Below, piece by piece: positions 1 through 9,196 of a DNA stretch of 64,000 nucleotides (positions within the stretch are counted from its first letter, which is position 1; every line of letters begins with the position of its first letter). The notes below the pieces were generated by a model, which saw only the letters and a list, made by a program, of their open reading frames with translations, was not told where the DNA came from and ran no database searches. The position numbers and the translations under genes were made by a program. This DNA is from Candidatus Methylomirabilota bacterium (GTDB lineage Bacteria; Methylomirabilota; Methylomirabilia; Methylomirabilales; CSP1-5), in the NCBI GenBank assembly GCA_019456075.1, contig VRUN01000003.1, forward strand, positions 1,794-65,793, written 5' to 3'.

Positions 1-1
1 G

Positions 2-1717
2 TTCGTCAAAACGATGCTGGCCGGCGTGGGGGGGATTGATCTCGTCATCCTGGTCATCGCGGCCGATGAAGGAGTGATGCCCCAGACCCGGGAGCATCTC
101 CACATCTGTGAGCTTCTGGGCGTTCGGCGGGGGCTCGTCGCACTCACCAAAAAGGACCTGGTGGACCCGGAGTGGCTCGATCTCGTTCAAGAGGAGGTCC
201 GCACCTTTCTCGGTGGCACGTTTCTTCAGGAGGCGCCGATCCTCCCCGTCTCTGCCCTGAGCGGCGAGGGACTCTCTGAACTCCGAGACGTGCTCGCCAG
301 CCTCAGTGCCGAGCCCCATCCGAGGCGAGGGGACGGGATCGTCCGCCTTCCCATCGACCGGGTCTTCACCATTCGGGGTTTCGGCACCGTCGTGACCGGA
401 ACTCTCTGGACAGGCTCCCTCACCGTCGGCGACGAGGTGGCGGTCCTGCCGAAGGACCTCCACTCCCGGGTTCGGAGGCTCCAGGTCCATAACGAGAACG
501 TGGAACAGGCCTTGGCAGGCCAGCGAGCGGCGGTCAACCTTCCCGGCCTCGAAACCGAACAGATCGACCGTGGGGATCTTCTCTGCTTCCCCGATACCCT
601 CCGGGTGAGCACCTCTGTAGAGGCCACCCTTGCACTGCTGCCGGACGCCCCGAAGTCCCTGGCCAACCGGACGCGAGTCCGTTTCCACCTCGGGACGGCC
701 GAGATCCTGGCCCGGGTCATTCTCCTGGATCGCGAAAAGATCACCCCAGGGGAAGGGGCATATGTCCACCTCCGGCTCGAGCAACCCACCGCCGCCATGC
801 TCCACGATCGGTATGTCCTCCGGTCTTACTCCCCTGCCACCACGATAGGAGGTGGAATCATCCTGGACCCCTGTCCTCCTCCGAAGCGACGCAGGCGCCC
901 GGAAGTTGTGGCCCACCTCAAGATCCTGGAGCAAGGGTCCTCTCGGGACCGGCTCCTGGAGCTGTTGAAAAGTAGTAGTACCTCTCCCCTTCGTCTCTCC
1001 ACCCTCCGGTCCCTGGCCAGCCTGGACGCCGAGAGCCTCGAGGAGCAAATCCAAGAACTCCTGGCAGCAGGAAAAGTTATCACGCTCAAGGGGCGGGAAG
1101 GAGAGACCTATCTCCATCGAGAGATCTACGAAGATCTGCGGGGGACAATCCGGAACCTGCTCAAGCAGCTCCACGCCCAGCAGCCCCTGCGAGAAGGGAT
1201 CTCGAAGGAAGAGCTTCGGAGTCGCCTGGCCATGGGGGTCTCCCCACCCCTTTTCGCCCACCTGTTGAGCGACCTCACGGAGTCGAGAGAGGTGACCCAA
1301 GATCGAGACCGAGTCCGCCTCACGGCCCATCGATCCCAACTATCGCCTGCAGAGGCCGCACTCACGGAACGCCTTGAAACCATCTTCCGAACTGCTGCAC
1401 TCCAGCCACCGACCACGGAGGCGGCTTTCAGGCAAGCGGGCACCGACCGGAAGGGCGCCCAGGCAGTGTTCTTCCGTCTCGTCGAGCAGGGTACCCTCAT
1501 CAAGATCAAGGATGACCTTTACGTCCATCGCGAGGCCTACGAGCAGGTGAAAGCTCGCGTCCTCGCCCACCTGGCGCAGCACTCCTCTCTCTCGGTTCCC
1601 ACCTTCAAGGATCTGCTCGGGATTACCCGCAAGCACGCTATTCCCTACCTAGAGCATTTCGACCAAATCAAGCTCACCAGGCGAGCAGGGGATGAACGGG
1701 TGCCCTACGGCAAGTAG
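2..1717 (+). CDS. selB: Selenocysteine-specific elongation factor SelB (5' end cut by window edge)
   Basis: The ORF stays open to base 2 (FVKTMLAG...). It has an EF-Tu-like GTPase core (DLVILVIAADEGVMPQTREHL, TKKDL G4 motif), beta-barrel domains and the long C-terminal winged-helix extension typical of SelB. tRNA-Sec lies 5.6 kb downstream. Confidence 0.92.
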   Translation, partial: FVKTMLAGVGGIDLVILVIAADEGVMPQTREHLHICELLGVRRGLVALTKKDLVDPEWLDLVQEEVRTFLGGTFLQEAPILPVSALSGEGLSELRDVLASLSAEPHPRRGDGIVRLPIDRVFTIRGFGTVVTGTLWTGSLTVGDEVAVLPKDLHSRVRRLQVHNENVEQALAGQRAAVNLPGLETEQIDRGDLLCFPDTLRVSTSVEATLALLPDAPKSLANRTRVRFHLGTAEILARVILLDREKITPGEGAYVHLRLEQPTAAMLHDRYVLRSYSPATTIGGGIILDPCPPPKRRRRPEVVAHLKILEQGSSRDRLLELLKSSSTSPLRLSTLRSLASLDAESLEEQIQELLAAGKVITLKGREGETYLHREIYEDLRGTIRNLLKQLHAQQPLREGISKEELRSRLAMGVSPPLFAHLLSDLTESREVTQDRDRVRLTAHRSQLSPAEAALTERLETIFRTAALQPPTTEAAFRQAGTDRKGAQAVFFRLVEQGTLIKIKDDLYVHREAYEQVKARVLAHLAQHSSLSVPTFKDLLGITRKHAIPYLEHFDQIKLTRRAGDERVPYGK

Positions 1718-1890
1718 GAAAACTACCGATCGTGGCTTTCAGGGTAAGCTGGAAGAGCGCCTCCCGCAACGGGAATCGCTGGTTCTCGTGGCATTTACCG
1801 AGTTTTCAGTTGACAGGAAGGGGGGGATATACGATGCTTAAACCCGGGTGGACAAAAGGCGTTGGCTAAAGCCTGACGGTAGGAGGAGCA

Positions 1891-2097
1891 ATGTTCGGAC
1901 TGGGCGTTCCAGAGCTTTTGGTCATTCTCTTCATCATCTTGATCGTCTTCGGGGCGAACCGCCTCCCCGAGATCGGCAGTGGCCTCGGGAAGGCCATTCG
2001 GGGGTTCAAAGACGCCACGACGGGGAAGGAGGCCATCGACGTCACCCCGAAGGAGAGTAAGGCGGCCGAGGAGAAGGCTGAGGAGCAGAAGACGTAG
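1891..2097 (+). CDS. tatA: Twin-arginine translocase subunit TatA/E
   Basis: 68 aa: [40 protein letters not shown], i.e. a TM helix, an amphipathic helix and an acidic tail. RBS taggaggag lies just upstream. Confidence 0.9.
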   Translation: MFGLGVPELLVILFIILIVFGANRLPEIGSGLGKAIRGFKDATTGKEAIDVTPKESKAAEEKAEEQKT

Positions 2098-2223
2098 AGC
2101 CGCTGATCCCCCTTGTCATCCCCCCCCGCAACCCGACAAGTCCCCAGGATTCGTGACACCCTTTGCGACCGACGCCCACCCCCCATCACGGGGAAGAACC
2201 CTGGTCTTCGTGCACGCGAGGGA

Positions 2224-3186
2224 TCAGCGGTGTAAGTCTCGGTAGGCGGGGACGCCCCCAAGACTAGTCGCCGTCTCGATGGCCCGCAGGACGGCGGCGG
2301 CCACCATTTCAGCGCCCGCTTGCCCCACCAGATTGACGTCCCCTTCCACGCGTCCCGTAGATAAAGCGAAGATGACATCCCCGTCAAAGGTGGTGTGCAC
2401 GGGGGAGATCGTTCGGACGAGTCCCCCCTGCCCCATGCGGGCGACCAAGATCGCCTCCCCCTTGGTCAGGCGAGCATTCGTCGCTATCACCGCCAATGTG
2501 GTGCTCTGGATGTAGAAGGCCCGCCGCAGCCGTCCCTGTTTCATTTGGAGGAAGGTATCCGCGGGCCTTCCCGTCTCTGGATCCCTCGCCCCCGCGACAA
2601 TAGCCCCGGTCGAAGGATCCCGAACATCGCCGAAGGCGTTCACCGCGGCCAACGCCCACACCCTGAGGCCACCGGAAAGTTGCACACTCGCGGTCCCCAC
2701 GCCACCCTTCATGGCGTGCGGCACGCCGAAAAGCTTCCCCACCGTCGCCCCCGTCCCGACGCCGACACTCCCCTCCTCTACCCCTGCCCGCACGGCCGCC
2801 TCACACGCCCTGTATCCCATGGCCGCATCGGGACGCCTGCGGAAATCCCCAATCCCGAGGTCAAACAGGATAGCACCGGGGACAATGGGAACCTTCGTCA
2901 CCCCCACATCAAAGCCGATGTCTCGCTCTTCCAAGTACCGCATGACGCCGGTGGCCGCCTCGAGTCCAAAGGCGGACCCCCCCGCCAAGAGCACGCCGTG
3001 GATCTGATCCACCAGATGATGGGGCGTCAGGGCGTCGAGCTCCCGGGTCCCCGAGGCCAAGCCTCTGACATCCACCCCCCCCACGGCCCCCTCCTCGCAC
3101 AGGATAACCGTGCAGCCGGTGCACGCATCAAAATCGCTGGCATGCCCCACTCGGATCCCCTCGACGACCGCACCGTCCTGTTCCAT
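2224..3186 (-). CDS. Peptidase S58 / DmpA-BapA (P1) family aminopeptidase
   Basis: 320 aa. The pattern is typical of DmpA-type Ntn hydrolases (GVRVGHASD..TGCTVIL, GGSAFGL, STTLAVIATNA). Confidence 0.78.
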   Translation of the reverse strand: MEQDGAVVEGIRVGHASDFDACTGCTVILCEEGAVGGVDVRGLASGTRELDALTPHHLVDQIHGVLLAGGSAFGLEAATGVMRYLEERDIGFDVGVTKVPIVPGAILFDLGIGDFRRRPDAAMGYRACEAAVRAGVEEGSVGVGTGATVGKLFGVPHAMKGGVGTASVQLSGGLRVWALAAVNAFGDVRDPSTGAIVAGARDPETGRPADTFLQMKQGRLRRAFYIQSTTLAVIATNARLTKGEAILVARMGQGGLVRTISPVHTTFDGDVIFALSTGRVEGDVNLVGQAGAEMVAAAVLRAIETATSLGGVPAYRDLHR

Positions 3187-3381
3187 TCGGACCCCCTGAG
3201 CCCAGGCCTCCGCCTATTCTACCTTCCTCCTCCCCCGGCCACAAGGCAGCGGACTCGGTTGCTCCCGCGCTCGCCTTTTGCTATGCTAGAAAGGAGATCG
3301 GCGACAATCCATGGGAGAAATTTCTATGGGTCTCACCATGGTCTAAAATGCCCGCGTGTGGATGAGGCGCGAGAAAGATCT

Positions 3382-3825
3382 ATGGGATACTCGAGAGAAG
3401 ACAGAGAGGGAGAGTTCGAGCACCTCCGCTCCTCCATGGTCGAGTTGGTGAAGGCCCTCGTCCACCGAGGACGCCCCGCCCTTGTCCGGGGCTCCCGCTT
3501 CGAGCCGCCGATGGATGTGTACGAGACGAGCTCGGCGGTCGTCGTCGTCATGGAAATTGCGGGGACAGAACGGAAGGATATCGAGATCCACCTCGACGGG
3601 AGCCGCCTTCGGATTACCGGGGGGCGGCACGTCACTGCCCCTCTCGATGCACTACGATGCCACCAGATGGAGATTGAATTCGGGTCCTTTGAGCGATGGG
3701 TCACCCTCGATTTTTTCCCACCCCGTGACGCCATCGAGGCCGCCTATGAAGGCGGGCTCCTGCGCATCACGATTCCCAAGCGGGGGGATCCCAGCACGAC
3801 GACCGTCCAGATCCTGGCCGAGTAA
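3382..3825 (+). CDS. Hsp20/alpha-crystallin small heat-shock protein
   Basis: Only the C-terminal 147 codons of the long ORF 2395..3825 look real. They carry an alpha-crystallin domain (PPMDVYETSSAVVVVMEIAGTERKDIEIHLDGSRLRITG ... GLLRITIPK). The upstream part is antisense to the S58 peptidase gene. Confidence 0.85.
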   Translation: MGYSREDREGEFEHLRSSMVELVKALVHRGRPALVRGSRFEPPMDVYETSSAVVVVMEIAGTERKDIEIHLDGSRLRITGGRHVTAPLDALRCHQMEIEFGSFERWVTLDFFPPRDAIEAAYEGGLLRITIPKRGDPSTTTVQILAE

Positions 3826-3848
3826 TCAGCGACTCCGGGAGGCAGTCC

Positions 3849-6233
3849 ATGGCAGCGCAGGAAGCAGCACAGAGTCGGCTCACGAGCACCGGTGCCCAGA
3901 TTCCATCCGAACTCCCCGTCCTGCCTCTCCGTGGAAGTGTGCTTTTTCCCCACGTGATTCTTCCCATCCTGGTCGGGCAAGATAAATCGATTCACCTCGT
4001 GGATGAGGCCGTGATCGGCAATCGGATTATCGCGATCGTGGCCCTCAAGGAGAGGGGGGTGGAGGATCCTCGGCCGGAGGATTTCTTTCCGGTGGGGACA
4101 GCGGCGGTCATCGCCAAGTTGATCAAGCTTCCCGACGGGACCATCAGCATCATGGCCCAGGGCCTCGAGAGGATCCGCCTGACTCAGATCACCCACACGG
4201 ACCCCTACTTCCGCGCAACGGTTGAGCCGCAGCCTGATGAGGGGGAACGAGACAAGGAGGTGGAGGCGTTGGTGGTCAATCTGCGCCGCCTCTTCCAGCA
4301 GGTCGTCGAGCTCTCCCCCCACCTTCCCGCCGAGCTCGCCATCCTGGCGCTCAACATTGAAGAGGGCGGGATGCTGGCGGATATGATCGCCTCGAACATG
4401 AACCTCTCGGTTGAGGAGAAGCAGGAGATCCTCGAAATTATCGAGATCAAGCCCCGCCTGAGGCGAGTGACGGAACTCATGACGCACCAGCTGGAGTCAC
4501 TCGAGCTCGGTCAACAGATCCAAACCCAGGTCAAGGCGGGGATGGATAAGTCCCAGCGAGAGTATTACCTGAGAGAGCAACTCAAGGCCATCCAGCAGGA
4601 GCTCGGAGAGGGGGATGAGCGGACGCAGGAGGCGGAGGAACTCCGTCAACGAATCGATGAGACCCCGATGCCCGACGAGGTTCGCGAAGTGACGCTCAGG
4701 GAACTCGGTCGGTTCTCCCGAATGCCCCCCGCCGCGGCAGAGTACAGCGTGGTCCGGACGTATCTCGACTGGCTCCTCGAGCTTCCCTGGCTTAAGGGGA
4801 CCGAGGATCGCCTGGACATCCCTGCTGCCGAGCAGATTCTGAACGAGGACCACTACAACCTCGAGAAGGTGAAAAAGCGGATGTTGGAGTACCTGGCGGT
4901 TCGAAAGCTGAAGAAGGATATGAAGGGGCCCATTCTCTGTTTTGTCGGTCCCCCAGGGGTCGGAAAAACCTCCCTGGGGCATTCCATCGCGGCAGCGCTC
5001 GGCCGGAAGTTCATCCGGATGTCCCTCGGCGGGATCCGGGATGAGGCCGAGATCCGGGGCCATCGTCGGACCTACGTCGGCGCCCTCCCAGGCCGGATCA
5101 TTCAGGGGATCCGGAAGGCTGGGAGCAATAACCCCGTCTTCATGCTGGACGAGGTGGACAAAATCGGGGCCGATTTCCGGGGCGACCCTTCCTCCGCCTT
5201 GCTGGAAGTACTGGACCCGGAACAGAACATGAGTTTTTCGGACCACTACCTGGAGATTCCCTTCGACCTGTCCCGGGTCATGTTCATCGCAACGGCGAAC
5301 ATCCTGGATCCGATCCCTCCGGCCCTGCGGGACCGAATGGAGGTCTTGGAGCTTCCGGGGTACACGGAATCGGAGAAACTCCAGATCGCCAAGCGCTATC
5401 TGATTTCGAAGCAGCTCGATGCCCATGGCCTCACGGCGGCACAGCTCACCATTTTGGACGACGCCCTCCGAAATATCATCACCTCTTACACGCGTGAGGC
5501 AGGGGTGCGAAACCTGGAGAGGGAGATTGCCACGATCTGTCGCGCAGTGGCCAGGGAGGTATCGGAGGGGCGGACCGATCCGGCCACGGTCACGGCGGAG
5601 GGCCTACACCCCCTTCTCGGCCCCGTCAAGTTCTTCTCGGAGGTGGCCGAACGCACCTCTCAACCGGGGGTGGCCATCGGACTTGCCTGGACACCCACCG
5701 GGGGTGACATCATCTTTGTGGAGGCCACGAAGATGCCCGGCAAGGGGAACCTCATCCTGACCGGCCATCTGGGTGAGGTGATGAAGGAGTCAGCCGAGGC
5801 GGCCTTGAGCGCCGTCCGGAGCCGGTCCAAGGAGCTGGGCCTCCCCGAGGATTTCTTCCTCAAACAGGATATCCACGTGCATGTCCCCGCAGGAGCCATT
5901 CCCAAAGACGGGCCATCCGCGGGGATTACAATGTACACCGCTCTTCTCTCACTCGTGAAGGGACGGCCTGTTCAGAGCGGAGTCGGGATGACTGGGGAGA
6001 TCACTCTGCGGGGGCGGGTCCTACAGGTAGGCGGCATCAAAGAGAAAGCGCTGGCGGCCAAGCGCGCTGGCCTGAAGATCGTTCTTCTTCCCGAGCGGAA
6101 CGCCAAGGACCTGGAGGATGTTCCAGATGAAGTCCGGCAAGACTTCGAGTTCAAGTTCATCGCTAGCGTAGACGACATACCGGAGAATGCCCTCGTCCCG
6201 GAAGAGGCCCCGCTACCTCACGACGGTCGCTGA
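3849..6233 (+). CDS. lon: ATP-dependent protease Lon
   Basis: 794 aa with a LON N-domain, AAA+ Walker A (GPPGVGKTS) and a protease domain carrying catalytic Ser in PKDGPSAGITM. Confidence 0.97.
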   Translation: MAAQEAAQSRLTSTGAQIPSELPVLPLRGSVLFPHVILPILVGQDKSIHLVDEAVIGNRIIAIVALKERGVEDPRPEDFFPVGTAAVIAKLIKLPDGTISIMAQGLERIRLTQITHTDPYFRATVEPQPDEGERDKEVEALVVNLRRLFQQVVELSPHLPAELAILALNIEEGGMLADMIASNMNLSVEEKQEILEIIEIKPRLRRVTELMTHQLESLELGQQIQTQVKAGMDKSQREYYLREQLKAIQQELGEGDERTQEAEELRQRIDETPMPDEVREVTLRELGRFSRMPPAAAEYSVVRTYLDWLLELPWLKGTEDRLDIPAAEQILNEDHYNLEKVKKRMLEYLAVRKLKKDMKGPILCFVGPPGVGKTSLGHSIAAALGRKFIRMSLGGIRDEAEIRGHRRTYVGALPGRIIQGIRKAGSNNPVFMLDEVDKIGADFRGDPSSALLEVLDPEQNMSFSDHYLEIPFDLSRVMFIATANILDPIPPALRDRMEVLELPGYTESEKLQIAKRYLISKQLDAHGLTAAQLTILDDALRNIITSYTREAGVRNLEREIATICRAVAREVSEGRTDPATVTAEGLHPLLGPVKFFSEVAERTSQPGVAIGLAWTPTGGDIIFVEATKMPGKGNLILTGHLGEVMKESAEAALSAVRSRSKELGLPEDFFLKQDIHVHVPAGAIPKDGPSAGITMYTALLSLVKGRPVQSGVGMTGEITLRGRVLQVGGIKEKALAAKRAGLKIVLLPERNAKDLEDVPDEVRQDFEFKFIASVDDIPENALVPEEAPLPHDGR

Positions 6234-7220
6234 CCCAGCCCGCAAAGATCCCCCATCGCCGGTGAGCAGAGCGATAAATTCGTCCAGCACCTTCGGGTCG
6301 TACCACCCCCTGCTGGCTTCATCCTGAAGGACCTGTGCGGCCTCGGCTGTCGAGAGGCCGCCCCTATACGGGCGATCCGTGACCAGGGCATCGAACACGT
6401 CCACCACCTGGAGGATTCTGGCGGTGAGGGGAATCTCCCTTCCCGCAAGACCGTCAGGATAGCCAGTGCCATCCCACCGCTCGTGATGGTGACGAATGAT
6501 GGGGAGGACGAGCTGCATCGATCGCAGGGGCTGGCAGATCCGCTCGCCGACCGTCGGGTGCACAGACATGATTTCCCGCTCCGCCGAGGTGAGGGCCGCA
6601 GGCTTAAGGAGGATCGACTCGGGGATCGCGATTTTGCCGAGATCATGCAGATACCCTGCCCGACGGAGGGCAGTCAGATGCTCGGAGGGGAGCCCAAGCC
6701 GTTGCCCTAGCTGGACGGCATAACTGGCCAAACGCTCGCAGTGCCCGTGGGTCAAAGGGTCCTTGGCCTCGACGGCCAGGGCGAGACTGATCAGGACCGT
6801 CTCTGAATTCTCGAGCTCATCGGTGAACTGCTTGAGCCTCAGGAGGGAGCGAACCCGGGCATCCAGTTCCACCCGATGAAGTGGTTTCGCCAGGAAATCA
6901 TCGGCCCCGGCCTCGATCCCCCGCACCCGGCTCTCCAGTTCTCCAGAGGCGGTCACGATGATGATCGGGATCAGGCGGGTCTCCTCGTTCTGTTTGAGCT
7001 GCTTGCAGACCTGAAAGCCGTCCGGCGGCGGCATGTGGGTATCGAGGAGGATCAGATCGGGGGGCTTCTGTGCCACCTGGGTCAGGGCCTCCTGACCATC
7101 CCTGGCCCGAATGACGTGGTAGTCGTGGATGCTCAGAAAGGCCTCCAAGAGGTCCAAATTCTCCTCTTGATCATCCACCACTAGGATGCGTAGCTGTCGT
7201 TCCTCGGGTAGACCCGTCAC
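6213..7220 (-). CDS. Response regulator with HD-GYP domain (c-di-GMP phosphodiesterase type)
   Basis: REC domain (LRILVVDDQ..DLILLDTHMPPPDG..AKP) followed by HD-GYP (YLHDLGKIAIP, HHERWDGTGYPDGL). GTG start with GGAGGAG RBS. The 3' end overlaps lon convergently by 21 bp. Confidence 0.9.
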   Translation of the reverse strand: MTGLPEERQLRILVVDDQEENLDLLEAFLSIHDYHVIRARDGQEALTQVAQKPPDLILLDTHMPPPDGFQVCKQLKQNEETRLIPIIIVTASGELESRVRGIEAGADDFLAKPLHRVELDARVRSLLRLKQFTDELENSETVLISLALAVEAKDPLTHGHCERLASYAVQLGQRLGLPSEHLTALRRAGYLHDLGKIAIPESILLKPAALTSAEREIMSVHPTVGERICQPLRSMQLVLPIIRHHHERWDGTGYPDGLAGREIPLTARILQVVDVFDALVTDRPYRGGLSTAEAAQVLQDEASRGWYDPKVLDEFIALLTGDGGSLRAGSATVVR

Positions 7221-7246
7221 TGGCTCACTCCTCCAGCGTGGGATAG

Positions 7247-7262
7247 TGCAAATGCCGTTCCA
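7247..7262 (-). promoter_or_regulatory. sigma54-type -24/-12 promoter candidate for the HD-GYP regulator
   Basis: The minus strand reads TGGAACGGCATTTGCA, with GG and GC in consensus register (TGGCACG-N4-TTGCW). It ends 26 nt upstream of the GTG start. Confidence 0.55.
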
Positions 7263-7292
7263 GACACAGGCGCTCTCCCGGTCCCGACAGGC

Positions 7293-7321
7293 TTGCGAAA
7301 GGAGGGGGTCACTGTTACACT
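7293..7321 (+). promoter_or_regulatory. sigma70-like promoter candidate for tRNA-Sec
   Basis: TTGCGA, a 17-nt spacer, then TACACT, ending 15 nt before the mature tRNA 5' end. Confidence 0.35.
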
Positions 7322-7336
7322 TCTTTCGTACGGTAC

Positions 7337-7431
7337 GGAGGCGGATTGGGTCTGGTGGCTCTCCCGGTCTTCAAAACCGGTGGGCCTGCCAAAAGCGGGC
7401 CGGTGGGTTCGATTCCCACACGCCTCCGCCA
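7337..7431 (+). tRNA. selC: tRNA-Sec (anticodon UCA)
   Basis: 95 nt starting GGAGGCGG and ending ACGCCTCC-G-CCA. Anticodon arm is CCGGT/CTTCAAA/ACCGG with TCA at 7371-7373. The long variable arm is GGCCTGC-CAAAA-GCGGGCC and the T arm is GTGGG-TTCGATT-CCCAC. Length and long extra arm are typical of bacterial selC. Confidence 0.9.
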
Positions 7432-7443
7432 GCCACCCTGAGG

Positions 7444-7487
7444 CCCCTTGTATAACGCGGAAGGGTCGCGTGAGCAAGGGGGTTTTT
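7444..7487 (+). terminator. Rho-independent terminator after tRNA-Sec
   Basis: CCCCTTG (7444-7450) pairs with CAAGGGG (7475-7481). There is an inner CGCG/CGCG stem, followed by GTTTTTG. Confidence 0.55.
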
Positions 7488-7640
7488 GCTGACCCCATTT
7501 TCGCTGGAAAACGATCGATCCCGGCCTCCCGCGCACACGAGCCGACGCGGCGGGGGGCCCCTGGCATGGGGAGGGACTGTTCATCGTACATCTACAGAGG
7601 AGGCGTTAGAGGCTTGCTGGACCCCCTATGTGGCGCGAGC

Positions 7641-8522
7641 TCAGCTTTTGTTCCCATCCTCGATCACCGACTGGATGTAATCGATAATCATCTTTCGCGT
7701 TTCGTCAGAACGGTCGAGGAATTCCAACCCGGTACGGTAAATCAACTGGCGATCCCCATCCGGCTGCACCTCTGACCGGTGCACCACCGAACGGGCTACG
7801 CGACACTTGAGGCTCATTCTCTTCCCGAGCAGATCGAGGTCCAAAGAGGAGAGGGTCCCTGGTCGAACAACATCGGCATGCTCAATCAGGGAGCCTCCCG
7901 GACTAATGTCCAGGATGCGCGCGTCGTAGATGGCAGTCACCCGCCCCTTGGTCCTCCCTCCCACGACGAATCGAGCGTGTTGCCGCCGGTCCGCAGCTTT
8001 CCGGTCTCCAGGTTTCCGCTCCGCAGCTTCTGGCCCAACAGCTCCCTCGACAGCAGCCTCCAGCTCCCCAGCGACCTCGTCCGGAGCCTCCGAGGCTGCA
8101 CCTTCCGCGACCGCGGCTTCCGGATCCGCAGGTTCTGGCTCCACGACCTTCAGGGTCGCTGCTTCCAAGCCCTCAGCTTCCCCCGCCGCGGCGTCTCGCT
8201 CCGTAGCTTTCCCATCGGAAGCCTCTGGCGCCACAGCGTTTTCGTCCGCAGGTTCCAGCTCACCGACTTCCCGGTTCGCCGCTTCCCCGTTCGCAGCTCC
8301 GCCGTCGAGGACAGGCGCTTCATTCTCGACGGTTAGCTGCGCTTTGGCCCCCTCGAGGGGAACAGATTCGGGGTTTGACCGGTTCTTTCGCCGCTTCTTT
8401 CTCTTTCTCTTCAACGCAATTCCTCGGTCAATTTCCATGAGTATATGGGGATCTAGAAGCCAGAGACCCGGAGAATATCCTCCAGAAGGATATCCCTGTG
8501 TAAAGGGAGCGGCACAAAACAT
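7641..8522 (-). CDS. PilZ domain protein with basic patch and acidic repeat region
   Basis: C-terminal PilZ (RRQHAR..., DISPGGSLIEH, CRVARSVVHRSE, YRTGLEFL). The N-terminal part has KRKRKKRRK followed by two ~40-aa E/A/P-rich repeats. The start codon is uncertain (8522 or 8438). Confidence 0.8.
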   Translation of the reverse strand: MFCAAPFTQGYPSGGYSPGLWLLDPHILMEIDRGIALKRKRKKRRKNRSNPESVPLEGAKAQLTVENEAPVLDGGAANGEAANREVGELEPADENAVAPEASDGKATERDAAAGEAEGLEAATLKVVEPEPADPEAAVAEGAASEAPDEVAGELEAAVEGAVGPEAAERKPGDRKAADRRQHARFVVGGRTKGRVTAIYDARILDISPGGSLIEHADVVRPGTLSSLDLDLLGKRMSLKCRVARSVVHRSEVQPDGDRQLIYRTGLEFLDRSDETRKMIIDYIQSVIEDGNKS

Positions 8523-8629
8523 CCATGGGCATCACCAATCAAAAGAGCCCGCAATCCCGGCCCAGGGCTCACACCAATAGAGGCAAATATGACCTGAAAT
8601 CAAGATCATGAGACGGCCAGTCCACGAAT

Positions 8630-8645
8630 AGCAGGAACCATGCCA
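8630..8645 (-). promoter_or_regulatory. sigma54-type -24/-12 promoter candidate
   Basis: The minus strand reads TGGCATGGTTCCTGCT, about 100 nt upstream of the PilZ ORF start at 8522. Confidence 0.6.
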
Positions 8646-8674
8646 AAGTGCCAAATACATGGGCAACGACCTCC

Positions 8675-9166
8675 TCAACCCTCGGCGGCCCCGTAGGAGC
8701 GAATGAACGCCCCGAGCGACTGCTGCGCCCCGCGGGACAAGTCGAGGAATTCCAAGCCCGTTTGATAATAGAGAGCTCCGTCTGCCCCGCTGTGACTGAC
8801 CCGGCTGTGCACCACCCGACACTGGATGGTCAACCGCTCCCCATTGGCCATCAGTTGGAGGAAGCAGGGGCTCGCGAGCTGAAGCACGTCTTGGTGTTCC
8901 ACGAGCGCTCCCGACAGGCTCAGATCCAGCACCTCAGCCTCCTGGAGGGTTGTGATGGCCGATGTGATCCCGGAAGTGCGGAATCGCGGAGGCTTCCGCT
9001 TTTGAAGGTCCCTGCGCGTAACTCGTCTGTGGTGTGCCTTTGTCATAGCGTGAACACGCATCAGCGGTTTAGGTCTTCCTGGACGGAAAGCCGGCTCGTC
9101 CCCACCCTGTTTTCGCGATCTTGTCCACCCCAACACCTGCCTGCGAAGCACGTGTTTTCTATGCAA
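8675..9166 (-). CDS. PilZ domain protein
   Basis: 163 aa with RKPPR (RxxxR) and DLSLSGALVEH (DxSxxG), plus ...CRVVHSRVSHS...YYQTGLEFL. It is a paralog of 7641..8522 and 25644..26084. Confidence 0.8.
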   Translation of the reverse strand: MHRKHVLRRQVLGWTRSRKQGGDEPAFRPGRPKPLMRVHAMTKAHHRRVTRRDLQKRKPPRFRTSGITSAITTLQEAEVLDLSLSGALVEHQDVLQLASPCFLQLMANGERLTIQCRVVHSRVSHSGADGALYYQTGLEFLDLSRGAQQSLGAFIRSYGAAEG

Positions 9167-9196
9167 ATATGCGGCCAGGCGTGAGCTTTTTCCCGC

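Noticed and set aside
6213-6233. The 21-bp convergent overlap of the lon and HD-GYP gene 3' ends as a regulatory feature.
   Set aside because: Short convergent overlaps are common in compact genomes, no hairpin or other signal is visible, and there is nothing to test beyond the overlap itself.
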